A DNA stretch of 64,000 nt, taken from contig CAISGE010000002.1 of the NCBI GenBank assembly GCA_903884815.1, positions 45,955 to 109,954 of the forward strand, in the 5' to 3' direction. The notes under the pieces were generated by a model. It had not been told where the DNA came from, did no database searches, and was given only the letters and a program-made list of their open reading frames with translations. Source of the stretch: Candidatus Omnitrophota bacterium (GTDB taxonomy: Bacteria; Omnitrophota; Omnitrophia; Omnitrophales; Aquincolibacteriaceae). The position numbers were made by a program, and so were the translations under genes. The first letter of the stretch is position 1, and every line of letters begins with the position of its first letter. Below are positions 29,598 through 38,461 of this stretch, in pieces.

Positions 29598-30080
29598 ATG
29601 AAAAAGTGTCCGATGTGCGCGGAAAAAATTCAAGACGAAGCGATTTTGTGCCGCTTCTGCGGAAAATCGACGGATCCGACTCGCCCCAAGATGGGCGCTC
29701 AGAAATGGTTGTGGGCTTTAGCCCTGCTGCTCTTAGCAACCTCGGGCCTTTATATAATTGGCTTGCAACAGTCAACTTCGGCAAAATCGCGAAATGTTTC
29801 GAACGAAGCAAAGGGGCGCCCCTCTCCGCGAGCGTACTCGACGGAGAATACCTCGGGCTACAGTGTGTTTAGCGTGGACCGTAAGTTTAATTTTGTGGTG
29901 GCTAAAATCGGGCTACAGGATGGGATCAAGAAAGGGGACTTGTTGAAAGTCTTCAAGGGTGGCAAAGAGATTGCCACGATCAAGGTCGAAAAACTTTATG
30001 ATGCATTCTCCGCTAGCGGGATTCTCAGGGAGGACTTGTCGCAACGCATAGAGGAAGGTGATGAAGTACGAAAGCTGTAA
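29598..30080 (+). CDS. Zinc-ribbon membrane protein (160 aa).
   Basis: The protein begins MKKCPMCAEKIQDEAILCRFCGK (a CxxC...CxxC ribbon), followed by one transmembrane segment and a C-terminal soluble domain. The start is the ATG at 29598. The track ORF 29352 overlaps bioF. Confidence 0.5.
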   Translation: MKKCPMCAEKIQDEAILCRFCGKSTDPTRPKMGAQKWLWALALLLLATSGLYIIGLQQSTSAKSRNVSNEAKGRPSPRAYSTENTSGYSVFSVDRKFNFVVAKIGLQDGIKKGDLLKVFKGGKEIATIKVEKLYDAFSASGILREDLSQRIEEGDEVRKL

Positions 30081-30404
30081 ATGGAAAGGATTGAACGGAT
30101 GAGTCATGAAACGAAGAACCTTAAGGTGCTGCTTCTCGTGGCTGCGCTGATGATGTGCGTTGCGGTGATTCCGAATCTGCCGCAGGTTTTCTTCACGCTC
30201 CTGCGATGGGTCGTTTGCGGCGCGGCGGCCTACGCGGCTTATAGGCTAAGGCTGAATCCGAAACTTAGCCGTCACTTCGTCCCGCTCGTAATCGTGGCAG
30301 CGCTCTTTAATCCCTTGGTGCCGGCGCCTCTGACGCTGCTCCTCTGGCTCCTGCTCGATCTCGCTGGCGCCGTTTATTTCCTGCAGCTATCCAAGAAACT
30401 TTAA
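30081..30404 (+). CDS. Small hydrophobic membrane protein (107 aa).
   Basis: It has three predicted transmembrane segments. Its stop overlaps the zinc-ribbon gene. Its function is unknown. Confidence 0.4.
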   Translation: MERIERMSHETKNLKVLLLVAALMMCVAVIPNLPQVFFTLLRWVVCGAAAYAAYRLRLNPKLSRHFVPLVIVAALFNPLVPAPLTLLLWLLLDLAGAVYFLQLSKKL

Positions 30405-30411
30405 TGCTCGG

Positions 30412-31563
30412 TCAGACGGTTCTGCGAAGGATAGGGATTCGCTGGATCAGGAGCACTGCGAGGAGCGATAGAAAGTAAACAGTCGACGCAACGAAGGGGA
30501 TGATAAAAGCCGGATGCCAGATGTTCGACCGGAGGGTGAAACCCCAACGCCCGTGATTCAGAACGTCGATGAACGTGGGGTGTATCAAATAGATCCCGAA
30601 ACTTGCTCCCGCCACCAGGCCCGTCATGCGGCGCCACCTACCGGTTACCTTTTTCCCCATCATTGGGGAGGCCTGCTTCAGCAAGATGAAAAAAGCGGCG
30701 GCGAAAAATAAGTGGTTGGGCGCCATGTTGTCATAGAAAATCGTCGAGAAGGAGTGGATGCGGGCGCAAGCCCAGGCCGTTCCGAAGAAACACACGAGAA
30801 GGCTGAGCCCCCATACAAGCCAGGCCGTCGGAACAGTCTTTTCTGAAGCGTATTTCCGGAGAAAATAGCCCAACACGAAATATCCGACGAAGCCTTGCAC
30901 CGGTTCGATCACCAGCTTGATATGGAACGGGTGGCCGACGAGCCCCGCCAGGCTTTCCACAAACGGTAGAAGGAAGCTGACCAAGAAACAAAGCCCGAGA
31001 AAATAGCCCAGGTCCTTCTTTGAGGCGTTTGCGACAAGGACGCGTAGCCACGGGGTGATCAGATAAAGTCCGATTAGCACATACATGAACCAGAGATGGA
31101 AATACACACGGTCGGTCGCAAAGCGCCTGAGCATTTCCGCAGGGCCGAGGGTGGGTTCATAAAAATGACGCCGCCACAGGAGATAAAAAAGGCTCCAGGC
31201 GAGGAAGGGAATAAGTACCCGGCCGAAGCGCTTGCGGAAAAAGGCACGGTAGCTTTCGGCCTGCGGAAGCAGCAGAGCTCCGCTCAACATAATGAAGATT
31301 GCGACGGGGCCTCGGGCGAGGGAATCATAAAAATTAGCCGCCCCCCACCAACTATTTGGAAGCGTACCCCATTCGGTAATGACGTCGGCGGCGACATGGA
31401 TCACGACCACACTCCACATCGCGATCACGCGTGCTACGTCGACCCAAAGAAGGTCCTCTGGCGGCGCCTTTGTTGTTGACGGGTTTGTTTGAGGCATGCC
31501 TCTTTTATCGGCAAGTGATGGAAATAACAAAGCTTTTGGATACGGCGCCTTAGACGGTCCCAA
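30412..31563 (-). CDS. Membrane O-acyltransferase of family 3 (OatA/OafA-like).
   Basis: It has about 10 transmembrane segments and the family-3 N-terminal pattern (VDVARVIAMWSVVVIHVAAD...). It is 383 aa from the track start. The start is more likely the internal ATG at 31495-31497 (MPQTNPST...). Confidence 0.6.
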   Translation of the reverse strand: MGPSKAPYPKALLFPSLADKRGMPQTNPSTTKAPPEDLLWVDVARVIAMWSVVVIHVAADVITEWGTLPNSWWGAANFYDSLARGPVAIFIMLSGALLLPQAESYRAFFRKRFGRVLIPFLAWSLFYLLWRRHFYEPTLGPAEMLRRFATDRVYFHLWFMYVLIGLYLITPWLRVLVANASKKDLGYFLGLCFLVSFLLPFVESLAGLVGHPFHIKLVIEPVQGFVGYFVLGYFLRKYASEKTVPTAWLVWGLSLLVCFFGTAWACARIHSFSTIFYDNMAPNHLFFAAAFFILLKQASPMMGKKVTGRWRRMTGLVAGASFGIYLIHPTFIDVLNHGRWGFTLRSNIWHPAFIIPFVASTVYFLSLLAVLLIQRIPILRRTV

Positions 31564-31576
31564 TCCTTATCATCCC

Positions 31577-31603
31577 GCCGCCACAAAGGCGGGATGGAGC
31601 CGT
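31577..31603. terminator. Hairpin (catcccgcc...ggcgggatg) followed by a T-run. It is a likely terminator or insulator between the acyltransferase and bioA.
   Basis: A perfect 9 bp stem catcccgcc/ggcgggatg flanks a 9 nt loop. ctgcttttttgg lies 13 nt downstream. Confidence 0.4.
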
Positions 31604-31714
31604 CCAAACTGCTTTTTTGGAAAAGAAATAGAAAGTTTGAACGGAGGTTGATTGAAGAATAGCAAGCCGTCTATAATTGACACCCATTAACGCGATAATG
31701 CTAAGGAACAAGGA

Positions 31715-33070
31715 ATGGAAAAGATGAAAACGGATGAGTTGATCGCGAAAGACCGGAAACACATCTGGCACCCGTTTACGCAGATGAAGGATTGGCAGGT
31801 CGATGACTTTCCGGTGATCGAGCGTGGCCAAGGGTGTTATTTGGTCGATACCGAGGGCCGCAGGTATCTCGACGGCGTGTCGTCCCTTTGGTGCAATGTG
31901 TTCGGGCACCGGGTCCCTGAGATCGATAAGGCGATCAAAAAGCAGCTCGGAAAGATCGCGCACACGACATTTCTTGGCCTCACGCATCCCACGTCGATCG
32001 AACTCGCAGGAAAACTGATCCGAGTCGCACCGAAAGGCCTCTCTCGTGTGTTTTATTCAGACTCCGGTTCTGAGGCGATGGAGATCGCGCTCAAGATGGC
32101 TTATCAGTACTGGCAGCAGCGCGGCGAGACGAAAAAGAAAAAGTTCGCAAAACTGACGAACGCTTACCACGGCGACACGATTGGATCGGTAAGTCTCGGA
32201 GGCATCGACCTTTTCCATCAGATCTATAAGCCGCTTCTCTTCGAGACGCTCGCGGTGCCGTCACCTTATCGCTATCGTTGGTCTTCCGGTGACGATCCGG
32301 AGCGAGTCAAAAAAGAATCACTCGAGGCGATGGAGAAAGCGTTGCGTGAGAATGCCGGCGAGCTTGCGGCGTTCGTGATGGAACCCCTCATGCAGGGCGC
32401 CGCCGGGATGATCGATCAGCCGAAGGGATATATTTCCCGTGCCAGAGAGCTGGCACGAAAGTATAATACGCTCCTAATTTTTGATGAAGTAGCGACCGGA
32501 TTCGGGCGGACGGGCAAGATGTTTGCCTCGGAGCATGAAGGTGTGACGCCGGACATTATGGCGGTGGCCAAAGGCATTACGGGAGGTTATCTTCCTCTTG
32601 CCGCAACCCTTGCGACAGAAGAGGTTTACGAGGCGTTTCTGGGGAAATACGAGGATTTCAAGGCTTTCTACCACGGCCACACGTACACGGCGAATCCGCT
32701 GGCGTGCGCGGCTGCGATTGCAACGCTTGATCTTTTTAAGAAGGACCGGACGATCGAAAAGCTTCAGCCGAAGATCCGGATGATGCAAAATCGCCTAAAA
32801 GATTTTTATAAACTCAAGGCGGTCGGTGATATCCGGCAGGTCGGCACCATGATTGGGATCGAGTTGGTCCTGAACAAAGCGACGAAAGAAAGTTTTAGAC
32901 CGCAAGAAAAGATCGGCGTTCGCGTGATCGAGAGCGCTCGTAAAAAAGGCGCGATTCTGCGGCCCTTGGGTCCCGTGATCGTTCTGATGCCGCCGCTTGC
33001 GATGACGGCGCGCGAGTTGGACAAGCTGTTCGATATTACGTATTCATCTATTGAGGAAACAACAGAATGA
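31715..33070 (+). CDS. bioA: Adenosylmethionine-8-amino-7-oxononanoate aminotransferase.
   Basis: The class III aminotransferase has the BioA N-terminus IWHPFTQMKDW and a PLP Lys region (AVAKGITGGYLPLAA). It is 451 aa. Confidence 0.9.
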   Translation: MEKMKTDELIAKDRKHIWHPFTQMKDWQVDDFPVIERGQGCYLVDTEGRRYLDGVSSLWCNVFGHRVPEIDKAIKKQLGKIAHTTFLGLTHPTSIELAGKLIRVAPKGLSRVFYSDSGSEAMEIALKMAYQYWQQRGETKKKKFAKLTNAYHGDTIGSVSLGGIDLFHQIYKPLLFETLAVPSPYRYRWSSGDDPERVKKESLEAMEKALRENAGELAAFVMEPLMQGAAGMIDQPKGYISRARELARKYNTLLIFDEVATGFGRTGKMFASEHEGVTPDIMAVAKGITGGYLPLAATLATEEVYEAFLGKYEDFKAFYHGHTYTANPLACAAAIATLDLFKKDRTIEKLQPKIRMMQNRLKDFYKLKAVGDIRQVGTMIGIELVLNKATKESFRPQEKIGVRVIESARKKGAILRPLGPVIVLMPPLAMTARELDKLFDITYSSIEETTE

Positions 33071-33834
33071 AAGCTGGAATATTCATCACAGGAACGGACA
33101 CGGACGCGGGAAAAACCGTGGTCTCCGCGGGGTTGGCGCTGGTTCTCCGGGATCGCGGAATGAAAGTCGGCGTGATGAAGCCTGTCGCGACCGGCTGCTA
33201 CGGTGCGGATGAGCGGCTGATCTCGCAGGACGCGGCCTTTCTAATGGAAGCCGCGCAAAACGAATACCCGCCGCTGACGAGCCCTTCGCGTTACCGCAAC
33301 CCTCTTTCGCCCAATGTTGCGGCGATGCTCGAGAAAAGAGAAGTCGATGTTCCCGCCATTCTTAAAAGCTACCAGCAACTTCAAAAACATTATGATTTTA
33401 TGATCGTCGAGGGGATCGGCGGCCTGATGGTCCCTCTGAAAAAAGATTATTACGTGGCAAATTTGATCCGCGACATGGGGCTCCCTATTGTCATCGTGAC
33501 TTACGCGGGCCTCGGCGCGATCAATCATACGTTACTCACAGTCGATGCGGCCATGATCCGGGGAATCGAGGTCCGGGGGATCATTTTCAACCGTGTCTCC
33601 GTGACGAATTATTCTCTGGCCGAGCTTACCAATCCGAAAGTTATACACGATCTTTCCGGCGTTCCCGTTCTCGGCAGCCTTCCCGATATCCAGGGTCTTA
33701 ATCTAGAAAACTGCCAGTTTGGAAAACTCAAGGACATCTTTCGGGAACGCATCCAGATCGATAAGATAGTCGGTCCCAACACCTATCAACCGGAGCAAAG
33801 CGGAGGTTGGGGTCGTCCAAGCCACCCTTCATGA
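33067..33834 (+). CDS. bioD: Dethiobiotin synthetase.
   Basis: It begins with a P-loop (IFITGTDTDAGKTVVSAGLA) and has the BioD fold. Its start overlaps the bioA stop (ATGA). Confidence 0.85.
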   Translation: MKAGIFITGTDTDAGKTVVSAGLALVLRDRGMKVGVMKPVATGCYGADERLISQDAAFLMEAAQNEYPPLTSPSRYRNPLSPNVAAMLEKREVDVPAILKSYQQLQKHYDFMIVEGIGGLMVPLKKDYYVANLIRDMGLPIVIVTYAGLGAINHTLLTVDAAMIRGIEVRGIIFNRVSVTNYSLAELTNPKVIHDLSGVPVLGSLPDIQGLNLENCQFGKLKDIFRERIQIDKIVGPNTYQPEQSGGWGRPSHPS

Positions 33835-33904
33835 AAAGAAAAAAGGACTTGGACGGAGGTTTCGCCGGCGTCCCCCCTGCAAAGTAGTACGAAAGGAAAG
33901 TCCC

Positions 33905-35197
33905 TTGTCTTTAAAGCTTCCACTCGGTATTCGTCTCGAGAGAAAAAAAGATGCCAGCCTTCTGAACTGGAACCTCAAGCGTCCTTACCCGCCTGAAAAG
34001 ATCCGCGTGCCCGTGCCTTTCAATGCAGAGCCCTGCGTTCGTATCGGAGACAAGGTGGTGACGGGACAAAAGATCGCGGAAGCGAATGGGACGGAAGGCG
34101 TCAGCGTTCACGCAGGCATGTGTGGGACTGTGGAAAAGGTCGCGGAATATCCGGATCCGACGGGGAAGCAAAGCTTGATGATCGAGATCCGTAGATACGG
34201 CGAGCCCAAGCCCAGTGCGCCTTGGGATCTTCGGAAAGATTGGGAGCAGATCCCCGCGGAGCAACTTGCCGGGATATTCCGGAATGCCGGACTGGTGACG
34301 ACGGGTCCGCGAAGCGAGCCGGTGCATGTGAAGCTCGCCCGTCACGCCGCAGCGCGAACGCTCGTGATCAATATCTGCGCACCCGAACCTTATATCACCT
34401 GCGAGCTGGTGCTCGCAATGTCCCATCCCGTGGAGATCCTGAGAGGCGCCGAACTTTTACGAAAAGCCTGCCATGCCGAGAAAGTTGTGTTTGCGTTGGA
34501 AGATTCGAACCGGGAAACGGCCGAGCTCATCAAGAGCAAGATCTACTTTCTTAAGTGGACACACGCGGAAGTGCGGACGGTCCCCGCCATTTACCCCCAG
34601 GGACTTGAAAACACACTGCTCCAGGCCTGGTTTTCCGGAGAAGAAGACCAGGCTTTGGTTTTTCCCGCGTCCACCGCCTTCGCGGTCTACGAAGCGGTTG
34701 CGCTCGGGAAGCCTTTTTATGAGAGGGTGGTGACGGTGGGCGGCGAGTGCGTGGTCGAGCCGCGCAGTCTCTGGCTCCCTCTGGGTATCTCCTTTCACGA
34801 CGCGATCCGCACGTGCAAAGGCGTGATGCGCGAACCCCGCAAGGTTTTGATGGGGGGTCCCCTGGCAGGGACTGCGCAAGCCAGCCAGGAAGTGCCTTTG
34901 ATGGCTTCCACGAATGCCGTTCTGGCGCTTCCTCAGGAGATCGTCACGGAAGCGGAGCGGTCTGCCGAACCCTGTATCCGCTGCAATCTTTGTGTGGACC
35001 ATTGCCCGGCCGCCCTTTCGCCCGCGATGATCACTCTGGCGGCGGAAGCGAAAGAGTTCGCCATTGCCCGTGAATGGGATGCTGCGGAGTGTTTTGAATG
35101 CGGTATCTGCGCGTATGTGTGCCCCTCGAAGCGGCCGATGCTTGAACTGATACGCGCCGCGAATCACCCGGCGGAAAAGAAGGTGGCTCATGTCTGA
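33905..35197 (+). CDS. RnfC-like subunit that retains 2x[4Fe-4S] motifs but lacks the NADH/FMN-binding glycine motifs.
   Basis: It has an N-terminal RnfC barrel-sandwich region (PFNAEPCVRIGDKVVTGQKIAEANGTEGVSVHAGMCGTVEKV) and C-terminal ferredoxin motifs (CIRCNLCVDHCP, CFECGICAYVCP). Where canonical RnfC has GGAGFP and INGAECEP, this protein has LVTTGPRSEP and INICAPEPY. Confidence 0.55.
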   Translation: MSLKLPLGIRLERKKDASLLNWNLKRPYPPEKIRVPVPFNAEPCVRIGDKVVTGQKIAEANGTEGVSVHAGMCGTVEKVAEYPDPTGKQSLMIEIRRYGEPKPSAPWDLRKDWEQIPAEQLAGIFRNAGLVTTGPRSEPVHVKLARHAAARTLVINICAPEPYITCELVLAMSHPVEILRGAELLRKACHAEKVVFALEDSNRETAELIKSKIYFLKWTHAEVRTVPAIYPQGLENTLLQAWFSGEEDQALVFPASTAFAVYEAVALGKPFYERVVTVGGECVVEPRSLWLPLGISFHDAIRTCKGVMREPRKVLMGGPLAGTAQASQEVPLMASTNAVLALPQEIVTEAERSAEPCIRCNLCVDHCPAALSPAMITLAAEAKEFAIAREWDAAECFECGICAYVCPSKRPMLELIRAANHPAEKKVAHV

Positions 35198-36044
35198 AGA
35201 GAAGCCTTCCTTTGCGCAAAGTCTTCCGCCGCATATTCGCTCCACGGATTCTCTCACGAAGCGGTCCTGGGGACGAACCCTCGCGCTGCTTCCGCTTTTG
35301 CTCGCAGCCTGCTTGACTGGACACGCTCAGATCTTACGCGTGCTTTTGCTCTGTCTGGTGAGCGCGGTCGCGTTCGAATTCCTGGCGAAGAAACTTTTAA
35401 GAAAAAAAGAGGAGCTGCGGAACGGCGAAACGGTGCTGGTCGCGGTCCTTTTCTCGCTCCTGATGCCCTCACGTTGTCCCTCGGAGCTGGTGATCCTGGG
35501 CGTTTTTTTAGCGGTCGTCATGGGTAAAGAACTTTTCGGCGGAACTGGGGGGTATCCTTTGCCACCGGCCTTGATGGCCCGCGCGATACTCCAACTCAGT
35601 TTTCCGAAAGTGATGGCTGAGCCGATGCTTTTGGCGGGGGATGTCAGTCCCTGGTTGGTCGTGGCGATAGGGCTTGGCGGGATCCTTCTCCTGCGACAAA
35701 AAAAAAGTTATTGGGAGACTCCCGTTCTTTTTACGGCTGTTTGTTTTATCTGCGGTGATCTCTGGGGCGGAGCTGAGGTGCCCACTGCTTTTTTGAGCGG
35801 CGTTCTCTTTACGGCTTTTTTTCTCCTCGCGGATCCCGTGACACTGCCGCTGACGCGAAAAGGGAGCGCATTGTTTGTCTTGGGAGCCGCGATATTAAGC
35901 TCGACCCTTGATCCCCATGGGTTTTCGATCGGCGCGGTTGTCTTCGCCGTTCTTTGGATGAGCCTTTTGACGCCCTGGCTGGATGTTTGGCTCAAGCCGG
36001 TTCCGTTTATATTCAAACGTTTGATCAAGGCGACTTACCCGTGA
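35190..36044 (+). CDS. RnfD/NqrB-like membrane subunit lacking the flavinylation loop.
   Basis: The motifs MGKELFGGTGGYPLPPALMARAIL and LLADPVTLPLT align with RnfD FGG..NPFNPA and L.DPVT. The periplasmic loop that carries the D-x-x-s-G-A-T FMN-attachment motif is absent. The protein is 284 aa against about 350 for canonical RnfD. Confidence 0.5.
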   Translation: MSEEKPSFAQSLPPHIRSTDSLTKRSWGRTLALLPLLLAACLTGHAQILRVLLLCLVSAVAFEFLAKKLLRKKEELRNGETVLVAVLFSLLMPSRCPSELVILGVFLAVVMGKELFGGTGGYPLPPALMARAILQLSFPKVMAEPMLLAGDVSPWLVVAIGLGGILLLRQKKSYWETPVLFTAVCFICGDLWGGAEVPTAFLSGVLFTAFFLLADPVTLPLTRKGSALFVLGAAILSSTLDPHGFSIGAVVFAVLWMSLLTPWLDVWLKPVPFIFKRLIKATYP

Positions 36045-36173
36045 TGAACATCAGAAAGATTCTTTCTACTTTGGGACAGTATCTGTTCCTCGCGCTTTTT
36101 CTCGGGTTGCTGGTCGCGATTCTTTACGTGGCCAAGATTTTGAGAGGATGAAGATGATGACTTTGGGGCAAAA

Positions 36174-36701
36174 ATGAAGTTGCCGGAAAACCTTTTCTCG
36201 CGGCTGCTATTGGCTTACCTTCCGTTCATGGTTTATCCGTACGGTCTTTTTAAAACGGGTGTCGCGGCACTCTGGGTCGCGATGTTCCTCTGGATCACCG
36301 TTTCTTTTTTCTGGCTGACCCGAAGTTTTTTTCCGGGGCGCTCGCTCAAGCACGCTTTTTTTCTTTGGCTAGTCGTATGGGCACAGGCCGTCTGGACGCT
36401 CACCAAACTCCCCCCGCTCTGGATCTTAAGTGTTTTCTTTTTGATGCCGGTCTCGTTTCTCGAAAGCGCGGTGAGGCCCGAACGCGTCAGCGTCTTTTCC
36501 TGGAAAGTGCCGCGGTATTTTTTTGAGCGAGCACTGGCCGGTGTCGGGTTTGTGATCTTTGTGGTGGCGATGGCCCTGGTCCGGGAGGCCTGTGAAAAAG
36601 GGCTCGGGATCAAGCTCTTCGAGCAGCCTGCGGGACTTTTGTTTGTAATCGCAGCCATCGCTTTTTTGTGGAAAAACCAACCTTTCCGAAGGCGGGCCTA
36701 A
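36174..36701 (+). CDS. Polytopic membrane protein, possibly a degenerate RnfE/RnfA-family subunit.
   Basis: The 175 aa protein has about 5 transmembrane segments. Its C-terminus (FEQPAGLLFVIAAIAFLW) resembles RnfA/E C-termini, and it lacks the LGLCP motif. Support is weak. Confidence 0.3.
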   Translation: MKLPENLFSRLLLAYLPFMVYPYGLFKTGVAALWVAMFLWITVSFFWLTRSFFPGRSLKHAFFLWLVVWAQAVWTLTKLPPLWILSVFFLMPVSFLESAVRPERVSVFSWKVPRYFFERALAGVGFVIFVVAMALVREACEKGLGIKLFEQPAGLLFVIAAIAFLWKNQPFRRRA

Positions 36702-37208
36702 ATGTATTTTCTGATCATTCCCTTGGGTTTTGTGTTGGCGTTGCGGGGGGGGCGTTCCGTGCCCTTGCAGCGGCCGGTCGAAGGTCTCACTCGGGTTTGG
36801 CGCGAAGCGGCGGATCTCTTTCTGACCACGAGTCTGATCCTGACCCTTGGGGTGGTGGTGCTCGCTTGGGAGCCATGTCGGGGAGTCGCGGGGGAATACA
36901 CGATCCTGGGTCTTGGAGTGGTGGCCTACGCGCTCGCACGCTATCAGAAAAAATCGGATGTTTTTTTCCTTGTCTCGATGCTGATCGCTTTCATGATCCA
37001 TTCCAGGCCAGTCGATCTGCTGTCCGGACTTTCTCTAGCGTGGGCCGTGAGCGTCGGGATCGCGATCTTTCAGACCTGCTTTCTCGGGCTACGCTACCGG
37101 CTTCTTTTTTCGAATGTTCCTGCGGCCGTAAAAGGATGGCCAATGTTTTGCCTCTTGGCGGGGTTCCTGTCGGTGGTCCTGTGGAGCGTCGGAAGACTGA
37201 TTTTCTAA
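36702..37208 (+). CDS. Polytopic membrane protein, possibly a degenerate RnfA/RnfE-family subunit.
   Basis: The 168 aa protein has a C-terminus (SNVPAAVKGWPMFCLLAGFLSVV) resembling RnfA [20 protein letters not shown]. It starts 1 nt after the previous stop. Support is weak. Confidence 0.3.
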   Translation: MYFLIIPLGFVLALRGGRSVPLQRPVEGLTRVWREAADLFLTTSLILTLGVVVLAWEPCRGVAGEYTILGLGVVAYALARYQKKSDVFFLVSMLIAFMIHSRPVDLLSGLSLAWAVSVGIAIFQTCFLGLRYRLLFSNVPAAVKGWPMFCLLAGFLSVVLWSVGRLIF

Positions 37209-37283
37209 GGTTTTCTCCGGGGAAGTCGAAAATAACGGGAGGAAGCATTCCCGCAAACCGAATTTATCTTAAAGGAGCATGCC

Positions 37284-38366
37284 ATGGGTATCGAAGAGAT
37301 CTTGTTAGGCGCTATCGTGCAGGAAGCCTCGGACATTCATCTGACCGTGGGCCGGCCAGTGACCTATCGTTTGATCGGGGACCTTGTTTCGGTCGGGGAG
37401 AAAATGCTGACGCCGATGGACACGGAGGCCTTTGCCAAGGAGATCACGACAGAGGTTCAGCGAAAGAGGGTTGAAGAGGTCGGCGGCATAGACTTCGGTT
37501 TTTCATTCAAGGAAAAGGCCCGATTTCGCGTCTCTTGTTTTAAACAACAAGGGCATTATTCCCTGGTGTTGCGCCTTCTGCCCTCGAGGTTTTTCAGTTT
37601 CGAGGATATCGGACTGCCGCCCCAACTGGTGGAGACGATCAGCCTGCCCCGGGGTCTGGTGCTTGTGACGGGACCCACGGGATCCGGTAAAACCTCCACG
37701 CTTGCCACCATGCTCAATTTTATCAATGAGAACTTTCCGAGGCATATTATTACAGCCGAAGATCCGATCGAATTTGTTCACAAGCATAAAAAATCCATCG
37801 TGACCCAGCGCGAGGTGGGCGAGGATGTCCCGAGCTTTTCCGAGGCGATCGTGAAATCCCTGCGTCAGGATCCCGATGTGATCTTGATCGGAGAAATGCG
37901 CGACCTGGCGACCATGGAATCAGCCATCCGCGCGGCGGAAACCGGACATCTTGTTTTTTCCACACTTCACACGACGGGCGCCGCCCGGACCGTGGATCGC
38001 ATTATCGATGTTTTTCCCTCGCACCAGCAGGCCCAGGTTCGCGTCCAGCTTTCCGCTACCCTTGTGGCCGTAATCTCCCAGGTGCTTGTGCCGCGCCTCG
38101 ACGGAAAAGGACGTGTGGCGGCTTTTGAGATCATGTTCGCGACGCCGGCGGTGCGCAATCTTATTCGCGAAGGGAAGACCTATCAGATTCTCTCCGAGCT
38201 TCAAACGGGGGCGCGTTACGGCATGATCATGCTGGATGATAATCTGAAGCAGCTTTATGCCCAGGGGACCATCGGCTATGAGGCGGCACTTGAAGTGGCC
38301 GTGGACCCCCGTGAGCTTGCCCTGCAGCTTTCTAAGATCCAACCTCCTGGCAAAGGCAGACGATAA
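37284..38366 (+). CDS. pilT: Type IV pilus retraction ATPase PilT (twitching motility protein).
   Basis: It has a Walker A motif (GPTGSGKTSTLATMLNFIN), Asp and His boxes (ITAEDPIEFVH, VLIGEMRD) and AIRAAETGHLVFSTLHT. It is 360 aa. Confidence 0.85.
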   Translation: MGIEEILLGAIVQEASDIHLTVGRPVTYRLIGDLVSVGEKMLTPMDTEAFAKEITTEVQRKRVEEVGGIDFGFSFKEKARFRVSCFKQQGHYSLVLRLLPSRFFSFEDIGLPPQLVETISLPRGLVLVTGPTGSGKTSTLATMLNFINENFPRHIITAEDPIEFVHKHKKSIVTQREVGEDVPSFSEAIVKSLRQDPDVILIGEMRDLATMESAIRAAETGHLVFSTLHTTGAARTVDRIIDVFPSHQQAQVRVQLSATLVAVISQVLVPRLDGKGRVAAFEIMFATPAVRNLIREGKTYQILSELQTGARYGMIMLDDNLKQLYAQGTIGYEAALEVAVDPRELALQLSKIQPPGKGRR

Positions 38367-38400
38367 CCGACCGAGAAGACATCCTTAGAAGACTTAAAAT

Positions 38401-38440
38401 AAAAACCCCCGCGCTCCTTAAAGAAGCACGGGGGTTTTTT
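38401..38440. terminator. Bidirectional rho-independent terminator between pilT and the convergent gene on the opposite strand.
   Basis: The sequence aaaaacccccgcg...cacgggggtttttt forms a GC stem (cccccg/cggggg) flanked by an A-tract and a T-tract. Confidence 0.7.
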
Positions 38441-38461
38441 GTGAAGAATGGCGGCTCGGAT

